Assembly: GCA_973895155.1 (NCBI GenBank)
Contig: OZ316897.1
Location: forward strand, 23,039,455 to 23,103,454
DNA: 64,000 nt
Direction: 5' to 3'
Origin: Marsupella aquatica
Lineage: Eukaryota > Plantae > Marchantiophyta
Of this stretch, positions 40,145-52,600 are shown piece after piece (the first letter of the stretch is position 1; each line of letters starts with the position of its first letter). The notes beneath the pieces are model-generated. The model worked only from the letters and a program-made list of their open reading frames with translations, was not told where the DNA came from and did no database searches. Both the position numbers and the translations under genes were made by a program.

Positions 40145-40841
40145 CAGTTACACTCCCTGGGCCCCCAACATTATTAATAATGGGCTGGACGTGCGAATGG
40201 ATGAAGGGTGCAAAAAATCTGATTTGAGATTCATTTTTATAATTGGCTTAGAAATATCAAGGGATGGTTTTATTCAAAGAACCCTTTCTAACTAAGATAG
40301 GCTTATATAAATGTCGCCCAAGTTAATATGCTTCAAGAGGTGATGTAATATGGATGTGACACGCGTCACAATAGCTTCAAGAGGTGATGTAATATGGATG
40401 TGACACGCGTCACAATAGGATTGGTCCTTGTGGCCACCCTTTATTGGAACATACATGTATATGACATATAATTATGCTTGCAACATCTATGATTCAGAGT
40501 ATTTTAGGACTTTGGAGCTTTTGAACCCTAACTACCCTGCCTTGTGGTTTAGAAATGCCCCAAAGTTGAAGTTTGGGGTTAAAGGGTCACGAACACAAAA
40601 ATGTATGTACCCAAAACCCTTCCAAAACACTCCCGTCAGTTTTAGAACCGTTTGCACATGATGAATTTATAACTTTTCAAGGCTTTCATAAATGGTGTAA
40701 AATGTGAAATTATAATATCTCAAAGGGGCAGATTTATTCTCCAAAATTAAGTTTTTAAGAATAACAAGAGAAATTTTTATAGGCTTCCAAAAATAATAAG
40801 GGGTACTAGGGAGGGGGGTGTACGCACGTATACCTCTTTAG
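40145..40841. mobile_element. ~700-bp AT-rich non-coding insertion in LINE ORF2, unclassified
   Basis: Interrupts ORF2 after the endonuclease; flanked by a TTTAC duplication; contains a 44-bp tandem duplication at 40330-40418. Confidence 0.6.
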
Positions 40842-43800
40842 TTTACAAAGGCTGGGGGCCCAGAACCGAGAGTTGAGGGATGAATAATTCCAGAGAAGGA
40901 AACAGGACAATGATCTGAGAGGGGGCGATTGAGGTGGTGGCATAACGAAATGACATGATCCATCCATGCACCTTGGTTGCTAAGGTAGAATCTATCGAGC
41001 CGTGACTGGGCCACTCCCAAAAGAGAATTTGTCTCCAAAAACCGTGATCCTGGGACGTCACACACCAATTTATATACATCATACAAGTCAAATTTACATT
41101 TCAGTTCACTCCAGTTTGTTAGTTCAGAGCCAGTGAGCAACGATGAGTGCCCCGCCACCGAATCCTTGATTTTCTCAGTCATGTTGAAATCTCCTGCAAG
41201 AATCCAATTACCACTTGGAAGGTTATCAATGAGGTGTTTCCAAAGTCGAGCGCAAGCTGCTGACTGATTAGAAGCGTATATGCCAACAAATCCGAAGTTG
41301 CCTTGGTTACTCTGGAGTTGTGCCCAAATAACACTACTAATTGGTGAGATACTCGAGGAAATAATCTGAAAGGAGGGGTGCACCAGCATCATAGCCCCCC
41401 CCCTTTCCCAAGTCAGAAGGAGCAATAAGAGTTTGATATCCTGGGAGTAGAAAGGTTAGAGCAGATATAAGTCGGAAGTCCTTCGCCTTAATCTCGAGAA
41501 GTGTTAGTACATGTAGAGAGTAGTTGAGGTCGTTAATCCATTTTCAAATCACAAATTTTTGGTTGGGATCGCATAGCCCAGAGACATTCCAGATCACTAG
41601 ATTGATTTGGTTATCCATTGAAAGCGCGAAATAGCTAGATCGACTGATATTTGGTGTACCTTGGAATGTGAAATAGTCGATGGGGTAGGGAGATACTTAG
41701 CGCTATACCACATTTATTGAAGTGGATCCAGATCTCGTTTCATACTTTGAGCTTGAAGAGTTGCTATCGCATTCAGTATCATCGTCCATCGATGTTGATT
41801 CTCCTTGCGATGCAAATCCCCCGATTGTGTCTCCCAAAATCTGATTATATAGAAGTGTGGTGGACGCATTGCCAACGAGCCTTGGTGTCGATACTGCAAA
41901 AAGAGAGTGGACTTTCTGCTTTTTTTAATGACCTTGTTTCCTGTTGCACGAATCATCTGTTTGATTCTCCTTACTGGCTTGGTATATGTGACTTGAGGTG
42001 GTAACTCTTCTTCATCTGATGGACCGCTATCCTCCAAAAGGTTCCTTGGCATGTCCACAGCAGATGGGAATGGAGTCTGAGCGTCCAGTGTCGTGATGAT
42101 CTCTCGGGAGGATGTTGCACTCGATGCAGGTGGTTGAAGTAATATGGGATGGTTTGGTCCCTCTACCTGATAGATTGGATAGGGTACCCCCAATCCTCCG
42201 ATTGAGAAGCGCCGGATGCCACCAGATACAGCATGAAAGAGGAGGGATAGATCATCCGGCGCCAGCTGAACATCCTTTCGTTGGAGCGGATGAAAAGGTT
42301 GAGTGACTGTGCGAGGCTATCCCGAGATCCGAATGGATTCCCGATTCTCATATACTAGACTGTAAGGGATCTTAATAGCTCCCGAGGTAAGGCCTTGTGG
42401 TGGGGTAGGGAGTAGTCCCCCGTATTGGAGGGTTGAGTCGTTAGAGCCTACCTGTTCGGATATGATCCATTCTTTGTTGAGTTGGCTATTCCTACTTTCT
42501 CCTGTATGTTGTATAGAGGCCGTGATGGTCTTATCCTTAAGGCGTGAAGGTTCATGAGAGGTAGCCTGCTCGGTACTCGCTCGAGGAATAATTCGTGGGC
42601 AATTGGAGCCAACATGCCCTAGTTCCTTGCAACAGAGACACACAAATGGAATATGTGTGTACTCGATGTGTTGTTGAATAGTTATAGGATCAGATCCTTC
42701 ACCACCATTCATGCAAATGACCAGTATCTCTGGTAGCGGCTGATTCATGTCCCAGAGGATGCAGGCTCGTTCATGCGGGGAGGAAGAGTCGCCGGATGCT
42801 GGATAATATTGGAGTATTTTGCCCAGCCTTCCAAACATCTGTTTACCACATCCTTCCAGTGCTAGCTCACGATATTTTAGTTCAGCCCAGACAGGCATCT
42901 TCCCCAGGAAATTCATGTGGAGGGAGAATGACGGATCCCATGGTGCACAATACACATATTGATTCCCTTGGTACCATGGCGAGTTGCCGAGTGCCTGTAT
43001 CTTGTGATCAGCCAAGTCAAAGGTTACTAGAAAAAGTTTTTTCCGACGTACTTAGTATTTTTTAGTTTCCATTTCCTTTTGAACCAGAGTTCATATTCCG
43101 CCCACTTCAGGAATTGATGGTATGAGGGTATCCTCCCTCCAAAGAAAAACAAGACTGCTTTGGAAATGAGCTCAGATACTGTTTTGGAAGTTTTGCTTAT
43201 ACTTACATCCACTTGGAGCATTACCTTCGAGCTGTCTTCTTCGCGGACCGATGCCGATAGGGAGCTGATGGCAGCTTTGCACTCAGATGATATCGACCAC
43301 CTGTTGATGGTACTCGTGACTATGTCTAAACCATTCGTGAAGTCTCCCTCGTCTTCACTTGTCTGAACTTCAGTTCCTCGTTCGTTCGTTGAGGTTCTTG
43401 GCGTTTCCATTTCACCTACAATTTCATCAAATGGCTGAGTTTGGTTATCCCTCCTTGCACATGCTTCTCCTTCCGCCAATTTCACTCAGTCTTGCCATCG
43501 CACCTTGTGATGATTTTATGGGTTCCAATTCCTGTTGTTCTCGGATCTACTTGCAGATCTTGGATTGCTTGATGATTATTCCAGCAGTTGTGTAGTTGGA
43601 CCTATTTTTCTTCGTCTCTCATTTACGTTGTTGTTTCGTAGTTTATTTCCGGGGAGTCTTTTCCTCCGTATGATTCCTTCTATCATTCTTGTTATTGTTT
43701 CTTGGATGCTTGTTGTTTCGTAGTTTATTTCCGGGGGGGTCTTTTCCTCCTTATTATTCCTTTTGCCATTCTTGTTATTGTTTCTTGAACGTGATTTCAG

Positions 43801-45038
43801 CTGAGTTCATTTTGCTTCTCTCTGACAACTTGGTGTCTTCTTGGTTACATATCTAATCTGACGTTGAGTTATCTCTGATTCTCTTGAATTTCCCTTTTCA
43901 TCTCTTCATCTGATCGACGTACTTAACTTATTCTCTCAATTCGTTTCTTCTATTTTGGTAAACTTAGTTATCTCCTGCTGTAATAGGTATGTACAGAATT
44001 GGTACAGTGTCGGTTCTGATTATCCAGTTGCTGCTCTTGATTCCTTTTTGCCTATGTTTCTTCCACTTTTTGTGGTTGATTTTCACCCTGTCCTATAGCA
44101 TTAGTCAGCGGCTTCTTTTCCTTATTTAGGATCTTTCTGTTGCTTTGGTTCTTTCTACACATGTTACTTTCTTGGATTCAGTTTCCGTAGTTGTTTCGAT
44201 GTTCCCGTATTATCTTCTGGCTGTTTTGGTTATTTTTAACTTGTTTCTTGAATCTCGTTCTTGTTGTAGCTTCTCTTATTTACTGGTGCGGATGTTACGC
44301 GTATTTTCTGATCTGATTTCCCAAAGTTTGATTTCTTTTCTTACCCTTACCTTCTTTTCTATGGTCTGTATATTACCTTTAGATTCTTTGGAATGTTTGA
44401 ATGAACTATTGATTTCCTGAGCATGCGTTGTTACTTATCTTTGTAGTGTTGCTGTCCATCTCCTCGTTTGTCTCAACTGGTTTCGGAGCACAGATGATTG
44501 ACGCTCAGATTCCTTGTTACTGTCGTAATATCCACTTTTCCTGTTTCTTTTCTTCTCTCTCTTGCGTCTTCGCTCTTCTGCCATCCCCGACACTTGCTCT
44601 GTATCCATCCCTCCCTCTGTATCCATCCCTCTGTATTGCTCTTGCCCTCCATCGCTCGCTTCCTCCATCGCTCGCCAATCAGTAAACGTTTCCTAAGATA
44701 TCTTTGACCCAACTTGGGCTAGGTTCCATGGGCCAGGGGCAGGGGGAAGATCACTTTAGGATTAACACATCCTATGTCATCCAACACAAATGACAAGGAC
44801 TTTTCATGCACCCTTATGGTGTCACCACAGGTTCGTTCCACTTTTTTTGTTAGAACTTGCATTCAATGGTAAACATAGAATGAGTTTGCAATGACATTTA
44901 GAGCGAAAAATTCATGGACAGCGAGAACAACGCCTTCAAATGTTCTAGGTCTCATTGGTAAACATAGAATGAGTTTGCAACAACATTTAGAGCAAAAAAT
45001 TCATGGACAGCGAGAACGACGCCTTCAAATGTTCATAG

Positions 45039-46046
45039 ACAAAATTCATGTACGATAGCTCTATTGTGATTGCTCAAACCAGCCTTGAAAGTCATTTCTG
45101 GGATAGACAACAATGGAAGATAAGGTCAACATAAAACATGCATTCCAGGAGACAACACACAAAATTAGATCCTCATAAACAGATGCTCCTGAACTCCCGA
45201 AACAACCCATGAATTGCTCACTAAGGGCTCACTGAAGTATCCAAACTTGACACACAATTCCTCAGCAATGTGGACAAAGAAAACCAAAGCTAACTGAAGT
45301 AACCGTTGAAACAAGATTCCTAAAATGCTCCGTTTATAAGCAGCTAGCTGTCTGAAAGTTCCCTTCTTGATGCCAAAATTTTGCAACAAAGATGCCAAAA
45401 GGTGCCTATTCCCTACACATGATGAAAGGAAAGTTCTGATATCCAATTTAGAGTGACCACACCTAAAGAATACCACCTTGGCAAAGCAGAAAGTGAGATA
45501 TGATCACTCAAAAAATTGAGCACCACATCAATTTTTCAATTATTCAAGTGAGGGATAGAGTCGTAAAATAAATAAAAATTCCTTTAAACCCTTCTAAGAA
45601 AGAATTGCAAGAATCTCTTACCAAAGACAGATGCAAGAAAGCAGTAAGGAAAGCGACGATGCTACTTGTCGACCATTGTCAGTCATTACGTTGATATGAG
45701 ACTGTCTGTCGGTGTACTAACCTTTCTCCTTGTTGACTCTAAATTGTTCCAGCCGGTCAGCAAATACTGATCCTATCAACTTCAGAAACGGGCCTCCAAC
45801 CGATGCCTCCCCTTCCACCCCATCTTCCGTCTCCGGCCCTGCCACCTTGCCCTCCTTGTCCGCCTCTCCTTCCTCCTCCTCCTCCTCTTCTGCCTCTTCC
45901 TCCTCCATCTCCTCCACCGCGAGAAGTCATTCCTCCCCTCAATTCCTTTCCTTTCCTACCCTAAACCCGAACCCTCCTGAGATAACAAACGATTTATTCC
46001 AACATAGAATATCTTGTCTCGCAAAAACACGGTTAAAATCCGAGCT
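45039..46046 (-). pseudogene. Inverted copy of the DExH helicase 5' UTR, exon 1, intron 1 and part of exon 2
   Basis: Reverse complement aligns continuously to ~49534-50534. Confidence 0.95.
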
Positions 46047-46998
46047 CGGGGCCTGAGGAGAGGAATTGAGGGGATGAATGACTTCTCGCAGTGGAGGAGA
46101 TGGAGGAGGAGGAGGAAGAGGCGGAAGAGGAGGAGGAAGGAGAGGCGGACAGGGACGGCAAGGTGACAGGGCCGGAGACGGGGGACGGGATGGGAGCGGA
46201 GGCATCGGTTGGAGGCCTGTTTCTGAAGCTGATAGGATCAGTATTGCTGAACGGGTGGAACAATTTAGAGTCAACAATGGGAAAGGTTAGTACACCGACA
46301 GACAATCTATCTTGAGGTCCATTCTTCTATGTTAGAGTGTTGATGCTCCATCTAAGTAGGGAGTCCTTGAAGAAAAACATTCACGTCCATGTGACGGTCT
46401 CATCAATAGCCCGAAGGATTAGTGGTCATTGTTGCTTTAGTCCTCAATTGAATTTATTACCTATGCAGTGCCTCATTTCTGTTAGATATTGCTCTAGTCT
46501 TGTGACTCATGAGCTAACCACATTTAGGCTAACTTGGGTTAGGACTTAGCTAATGTTAGCGGTAGTGCTGTTGTGAGTATAGCTAGGGTTGATGCCAGAC
46601 CCTGGTGAAACTTAGGCTCATTGTTATGGAGCTAGTTGAGAGATAGGGAGAGCTTGTGCTGTGGATGCTTGGTATGGCCGGTCAGCTTAGAGTGCAGTAA
46701 AGCTCTTGTGTGTTCCCGTGGACGTAGCCTCATGTGGAGGTGAACCACGTATCTCTCTATGTCGACTCTTGTACGTTGGATGATTCATGGGCTCGCAGTT
46801 GCGAATGTCGTCTATGCTCAACAATTTCCTGAAAGAACTGAACTTGTGACCCCTTCATAGTGAGCATCATCGAGCATCTTCTAGGTCAAGTGAAACTCTT
46901 GGACTTATTCCATGACCTTACCACTTTTGCATGTCTAGTACTCACAATCAAAGTTTGTTTTTGACCTATGTGCAGATTGCCAAAAAGAGGGCAAAGCA
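46042..46998 (+). pseudogene. Direct-orientation copy of helicase exon 1 fused to intron 3 and the start of exon 4
   Basis: 46042-46304 matches 49606-49871; 46307-46479 plus 46829-46998 match ~51412-51751. Confidence 0.93.
46480..46823 (+). mobile_element. Solo LTR of the same family as the 17220-25341 copia
   Basis: Reverse complement of 24998-25341; TG..CA; TSD ATTTC; the empty site is visible in the source intron near 51575. Confidence 0.96.
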
Positions 46999-48132
46999 CC
47001 CCTAAATCACCCACCCCCACCCCCAGGAAAGTCTTATTACGCCCCAAGAGTGTGGAGGCTTTACTCTAGAGAGTAGCCTTGAAAAGAGTAAGATAAAGGG
47101 GAACATTGGGACGAGACCGACAGGCCACATGGGGGAACGGTAGCGAGAAAGGAGGGGTGGAAGGAGGGGTGGAAGGAGGGGTGGAGCGTGATGGTCGCCA
47201 AATTTTCAAACAGGGTCGCCTTGCTCGATTCGCAAACTTTCATTTAGTACGTAGATTAAAGCTTTATTAGACAGCGAGCTTAAATCGCTATGGAAAAGTA
47301 GGTTTTTGCTGCGTGGCCCTTCAACAGTTGAGTGGTGTGAGGGCGTGCGAAGAAAACGAGAGCTTCGGAAAGTAACTGTCATTCAGCCCGTCGTCCGAGT
47401 TAAGTTGCTGGTTTTGCAGTTTGACAGTCGTGCTTCATGCGCAATTCATGATACGGGCTGTCAGCGGGCAGCGACAATGCAGAGCCGGCGATAGCATTTT
47501 GTGAGTGTTGCAAGGTGGGTTTTGTCTTCTGTTCTTGGCTTTCAGTCGATTATTCACCCCATCTCGTAGTGCATTTTCTTTTGTCGTTGTCTTTGGAATC
47601 CCTGCTGGGACACGGTCGTAGTAAGCGGAAGAGGTGATCAGGTCCCGCGTTTATCTTTTCCTGAGGTTTGTGTTTAGGGTTTAGGGTTCTCGATTCGTTC
47701 AACAGTGCGATGAGAAGTGGAAGGTTACTACAGTATCTACGTGCACTACGGACCCTCCTGTCCGAATAGTTCACTGCTGAATTGGTCCTGGATAGATTCG
47801 ATTATTCAGTTCCCAGTTCCAAAGATTCCGTCCACTGCCGGTAGATTTTATCCATCGGGCAGATTGTAGAGTCGCTAGCAGACAGAGTCGTACTGTACTA
47901 ACTAGGAAGCATGTGAAGAAGTAGTGTTCACGACCTCATACTCTCAAATTACAGCGTTGGAGGTGAATTGCAACTCTCCGTCCATTTGTACTATGTTTAG
48001 AGATCGTAGCAGTTGACCCCGAGCGTTTGTCCTTAACGCAATTTTCAGACAGATGCTCTTGTGTTGGTCTGATTCGGAGTTGAGAATGCAGCAGGTCGAA
48101 ACTGGTGCAAAATCATGGATCGATGGATACCA

Positions 48133-48592
48133 GGTTTGAATTCGAGGGCTCCTACACTCCAGGGTGTTGAGGAATTACCGGATGCTGAGAAGGTTACCAT
48201 GGGCCCAAAGGTATAAAAGACAGCTGCTTAACGTAATTATTGTCCGCCCCTCATAAAATTATGTCTAGGTGTGTCGTAGGTGCGTGACATCCTTGTACCA
48301 GTCACTCATTGCTTTGTGAATTTGTAACTCTTTTCCAAGTTCGAAATGTGGTTACAGAGCAAAGTTTTGGTTATCGTGAAGTTAATAAGGATGGTGTGAC
48401 AGTGGCAAAGGCCTGTGCAAACTTGCCTACGGATCCTGGTCCTCCTATTTCACCTCACTGAAATTCCCGTTGTTCTTTCTTCTTTTACGTTACATGAATG
48501 CTATGTTGGAGGACGGAAAGAATCTTTACAACGAACTAGAAGTAGTGGAAGGCATGAAGGTTGACCGAGGTCATATATCTCCTTATTTTATT
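48133..48592 (+). pseudogene. Mitochondrial-type chaperonin 60 (HSP60/CPN60) gene fragments
   Basis: LQGVEELPDAEKVTMGPK|gt (donor 48211), RNVVTEQSFG...KDGVTVAKA (~48341-48413) and [27 protein letters not shown] (48512-48592). Intervening and downstream exons are missing. Confidence 0.85.
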
Positions 48593-48689
48593 TCAGTTGT
48601 TAATTTCGCAAAAGTTGGAAGTTTCAAGGACTTGGAGCATGACAGCTTTTGATTTAGGCTTGCTAGAGTGTGTTAGTAACAGTTGTCAA

Positions 48690-49015
48690 ATGATTTGGAC
48701 AGATGCCTGCGTATATCGTACATGTTTCCCCGTTTCATTCCGTTTCACAAAACCTTTTTCTTTTAACTTGTAAAAAAGTTTCGTAATGGGGGCACAAACC
48801 CGAAGACGTTCTGTCGAACGCTGCTTAATCGTCTTCGTGCGCACATGGAGGATCCGATGACTACATCGGGTGCGTTTGCAGTATGCACCTAAGAAATGGA
48901 ATCCGTTGTTTGCAGGGTGTGAGACCATGGTTTTATCCAAACCAAGCTCTAACCCAAGACTCCGGTGCAGAAAGTTTTGTAACGACGCTTGAATCGCGAA
49001 AGTTTCTAACCGAGA
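48690..49015 (-). pseudogene. Group II intron RT/maturase fragment, probable mitochondrial insertion (numt)
   Basis: LQNFLHRSLGLELGLDKTMVSH...GFHFLGA...RLRVCAPITKLFYKLKEKGFVKR resembles RT domains 6-7 and the start of domain X of organellar intron-encoded proteins. Confidence 0.75.
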
Positions 49016-49641
49016 TTGCTGGAGTGGAAGGAGCAGTTGTGGTGGGCAAGCTTCTGGAACGGCAAGCATAGAGATGGGACACGGTGAGGCAAGAAGTGTG
49101 TGACTTTGCTCTTTCTTACTACAAATGATTTCTTCATGTTCTGTTATGATTACAGAGATGCAGCAGCTGAAAATAACGAGCCGTTGCAGCACTGGCATTA
49201 CTGAATTAATTAAGCAATTACAGTCGATGAATTAGTTGTGCTCCTTTCACGCGGCGTGGTTCGTGTAAACTTTAGAAGGATTCGTTCTCACTATAATTGT
49301 TTGTAATTGTAATACAAATTCTGGTGTACCTTGAGTTGTGCAGCATGCAAAAATCTGGGAAAATGCTCTAGTAGAAACAGGCGGAGCTCCTAGTAGAGAA
49401 GGGGAAACCTTTAGAAGAGAGCTCAACTCTGTCCTAGTTAGGTGGATTTGCTTTGTTGAAGAATGTCTCGATAAATGCAGCGGACAAGGCAAGAAGTTTG
49501 GGGACAATCCTCAGTTTGCATGTGAGCGGCTCAAGCTTGGATTTTAACCTTGTTTTTGTGAGACAATATATTCTATGTTGGAATAAATCGTTTGTGATCA
49601 CGGGAGAGTTCGGGGCCTGAGGAGAGGAATTGAGGGGAGGA

Positions 49642-52600
49642 ATGACTTCTCGCGGTGGAGGAGATGGAGGAGGAGGAGGAAGAGGCGGAAGAGGAGGAGG
49701 AGGAAGGAGAGGCGGACAGGGAGGGCAAGGTGGCAGGGCCGGAGACGGGGGACGGGGTGGAAGGGGAGGCATCGGTTGGAGGCCCGTTTCTGAAGCTGAT
49801 AGGATCAGTATTGCTGACCGGCTGGAACAATTTAGAGCCAACAAGGAGAAAGGTTAGTACACCGACAGACAGACTCATATCAGCGTAATGACTGACAATG
49901 GTCGACAAGCAGCATCGTCGCTTTCCTTACTGCTTTCTTGCATCTGTCTTTGGTAAGAGATTCTTGCAATTCTTTCTTAGAAGGGTTTAAAGGAATTTTT
50001 ATATATTTTACTACTCTATCCCTCACTTGAATAATTGAAAAATTGATGTGGCGCTCAATTTTTTGAGTGATCATATCTCACTTTCTGCTTTGCCAAGGTG
50101 GTATTCTTTCGGTGTGGTCACTGTAAATTGGATATCAGAACTTTCCTTTCATCATGAGTGTCGGGATAACCCACTTTTTGGGCATCTTTGTTGCAAAATT
50201 TTGGCATCAAGAAGCGAACTTTCAGACGGCTGCTTATAAACGGAGCATTTTAGGAATCTTGTTTCAACGGTTACTTCAGTTAGCTTTGGTTTTCTTTGTC
50301 CACATTGCTGAGGAATTGCGTGTCAAGTTTGGATACTTCAGTGAGCCCTTAGTGAGCAATTCATCGGTTGTTCCGGGAGCTCAGGAGCATCTGTTTATGA
50401 GGATCTCATTTTGTGTGTTGTCTCCTGGAATGCATGTTTTATGTTGACCTTATCATCCATTGTTGTCTGTCCCAGAATTGACTTTCGAGGCAGGTTTGAG
50501 CAATCACGACAGAGCTGTCGTACATGAATTTTGTAAAAGGATGGGATTCAAGTCGAAGAGCTATGGGTATGTACACAGATTTCAGCTTGTGTTCTCAGTA
50601 TCTGGAAGAATTCCTCGCCTTACTGATCCTGTTAAAAAATTTAGGAAGAAGGAGGTAACTTTTCCTGGAAGTTTTCTACAGGTTGTCGGAAAAATTTCTA
50701 GAATTGCTGTGAGATCTAGAATTATAGCCAACTCTGCCTATCTTAAACGACTATTGTCCAAGGACGAAGGGATGCATGTATCTCTCTATCAACGGTATCT
50801 GCCGAAAAGAAGAAGAAATGGAAATTCGAAAGTTTAGAGCAAGAATGATGGAAAAAACTAAAATCTGAATTAGCGGCGGTCCAGTATATCGTTGTACTAG
50901 TAGATTTGCCGGTCACCAATACTTGCGTTATGGATAATATTACTTGGTAAAAGGAATGAAACTGTAAAAATCTGCAAATTGTCTGTCACCTCTTTTGAAT
51001 TCCTTCAGATCTCCTTGGCCGTAGAGTATACTGTGTTCTACAGGCCTGGTTACTTTTGGTGACTGGACCCTTTGTGCGTTTGAGTTTCAGTAAGGGCGAT
51101 GCGCGACATGTTACGGTAACAAAGCCAGTAGGTGGTCAGGGAAAGAATCAGGCTTCAACAACCCCTCTTTCCTTATCAGCAGACGCACAAGAAGTGGTTG
51201 CAGAACTGTTCACATCCTATCCTCCCACTGAAGATGAGCTCATTGGGAAGGAAAGAATCATTGAACCTTGCTCTCCCTCGGGAAGTACAGTCCGTTCACA
51301 TCGAAGGTCCACTGCAGAGCACAATTCCACTCAGATGGGACCTGCTGAAATTGCAGATCGAACTTCTCTTCTTGCTTCACGGCTTCGGAAAATGCCAGTT
51401 CTACAACAGGTTCTATCTTGAGGTCCATTCTTCTATGTCACAGTGTTGATGCTCCATCTAGGGAGTCCTTGAAGAAAAACATTCACGTCCGTGTGACCGT
51501 CTCATCGATAGCCTGAAGGACTAGTGGTCATTGTTGCTTTAGTCCTCAATTGAATTTATTACCTATACACTGCCTCATCTCCTGAAAGAACTGAACCTGT
51601 GACCCCTTCATAGTGAGCATCATCGAGCATCTTCTGGGTCAAGTGAAACTCTTGGACGTATTTCCATGACCTTACCACTTTTGCATGTCTAGTACTCACA
51701 ATCAAAGTTTGTTTTTGACCTACGTGCAGATTGCCAAGCAGAGGGCAAAGCTACCAATTGCAGCTTACAAAGATCACATTATGGAAGCCGTTGAAAATAA
51801 TCAAGTAAAATGCACCTTTGATTTAGTTATTCTTCTGGGTTGCTAGGGTCTAAGTTTTTAGATAAGGAAATTTATTGTGATTCCTAGTTTATGAATGTCA
51901 CAACGAGGACAGCTTCCTTTAGCTTGTGTTTTCTAATTCCTCACTTGCACGAGCAGTACGACAGAGTACTTAAACGTCTGAGATGATTGTTTCTGTTCTA
52001 CAGAGCTAATCCAAAACTTGCAGAATCTGATATTTTGCCTGATATCCACCAGGTTGTCCTCATTGCTGGTGAAACTGGGTGTGGGAAAACAACACAGGTC
52101 TGCTCCAATTTCACTTCCTATACCTACTATTTGACCTTTGAATTAACGTTCCTTTAGTTGGCTAACACTTTTTATTCTTGGAAGACTGCAATAGAGTTGT
52201 TTTCATATTTTTATGTACATTCAAAGGCATTCAACTTTATCTTGTTATTGGAAAGCTTTGCTTTTAATCCTGTCCATGCTCTCCAATGAATAGGTTTCAG
52301 TCAATGTCTAAGTCACAAAGCAGTTTTCGCCTGAATATTGGTTTCTAGATCTCGTCCATCTCCTGTCTTCAAGACACGCTTTTGATGTCTAACAATAGTT
52401 CTGAAGGGCGTTTGTCTACATCAATGTGGGTAAAGTCTGGAGCTCTTTAAAATGCAGTTATTGTCAGCATAATAGGCCACTTGTGAATTGTGCAGGTCCC
52501 ACAGTACATTCTGGACCACATGTGGCAACAGGGAAGGCCGTGTAAAATTCTCTGTACCCAACCTCGTCGAATATCTGCTACCTCAGGTTTGTTAGTTTAT

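Larger units (their letters stand above)
35790..44687 (-). mobile_element. Full-length L1-like LINE, degenerate
   Basis: 18-bp TSD GTTTYCTAAGATATCTTT (35772-35789, 44688-44705) and poly(A) tail seen as T-runs at 35787-35806. ORF1 with zinc knuckle CLCCKELGHVGSNC (42317-43485). ORF2 from ATG 41618 with endonuclease (IWNVSGL, GDFN, SRLDRFY, SDHCPV) and RT (NWRPITLLN, KMDFAKAF, GVRQGCPL, FFVDD). Confidence 0.93.

Noticed and set aside
44720-47000. Pack-type element carrying the helicase fragments, starting at the TIR at 44720
   Set aside because: No matching right TIR (CCATGGAACCTA) found downstream.
47673-47686. Interstitial telomere
   Set aside because: Only two TTTAGGG units; at most a telo-box.
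49655-49888. Poly-Glu ORF MEEMEEEE... (also 46091-46315 and 45717-45917) and antisense Pro/Ser-rich ORFs
   Set aside because: Alternative frames of the GGA-rich RGG exon; only the Gly-rich frame splices in phase to the R3H exon.
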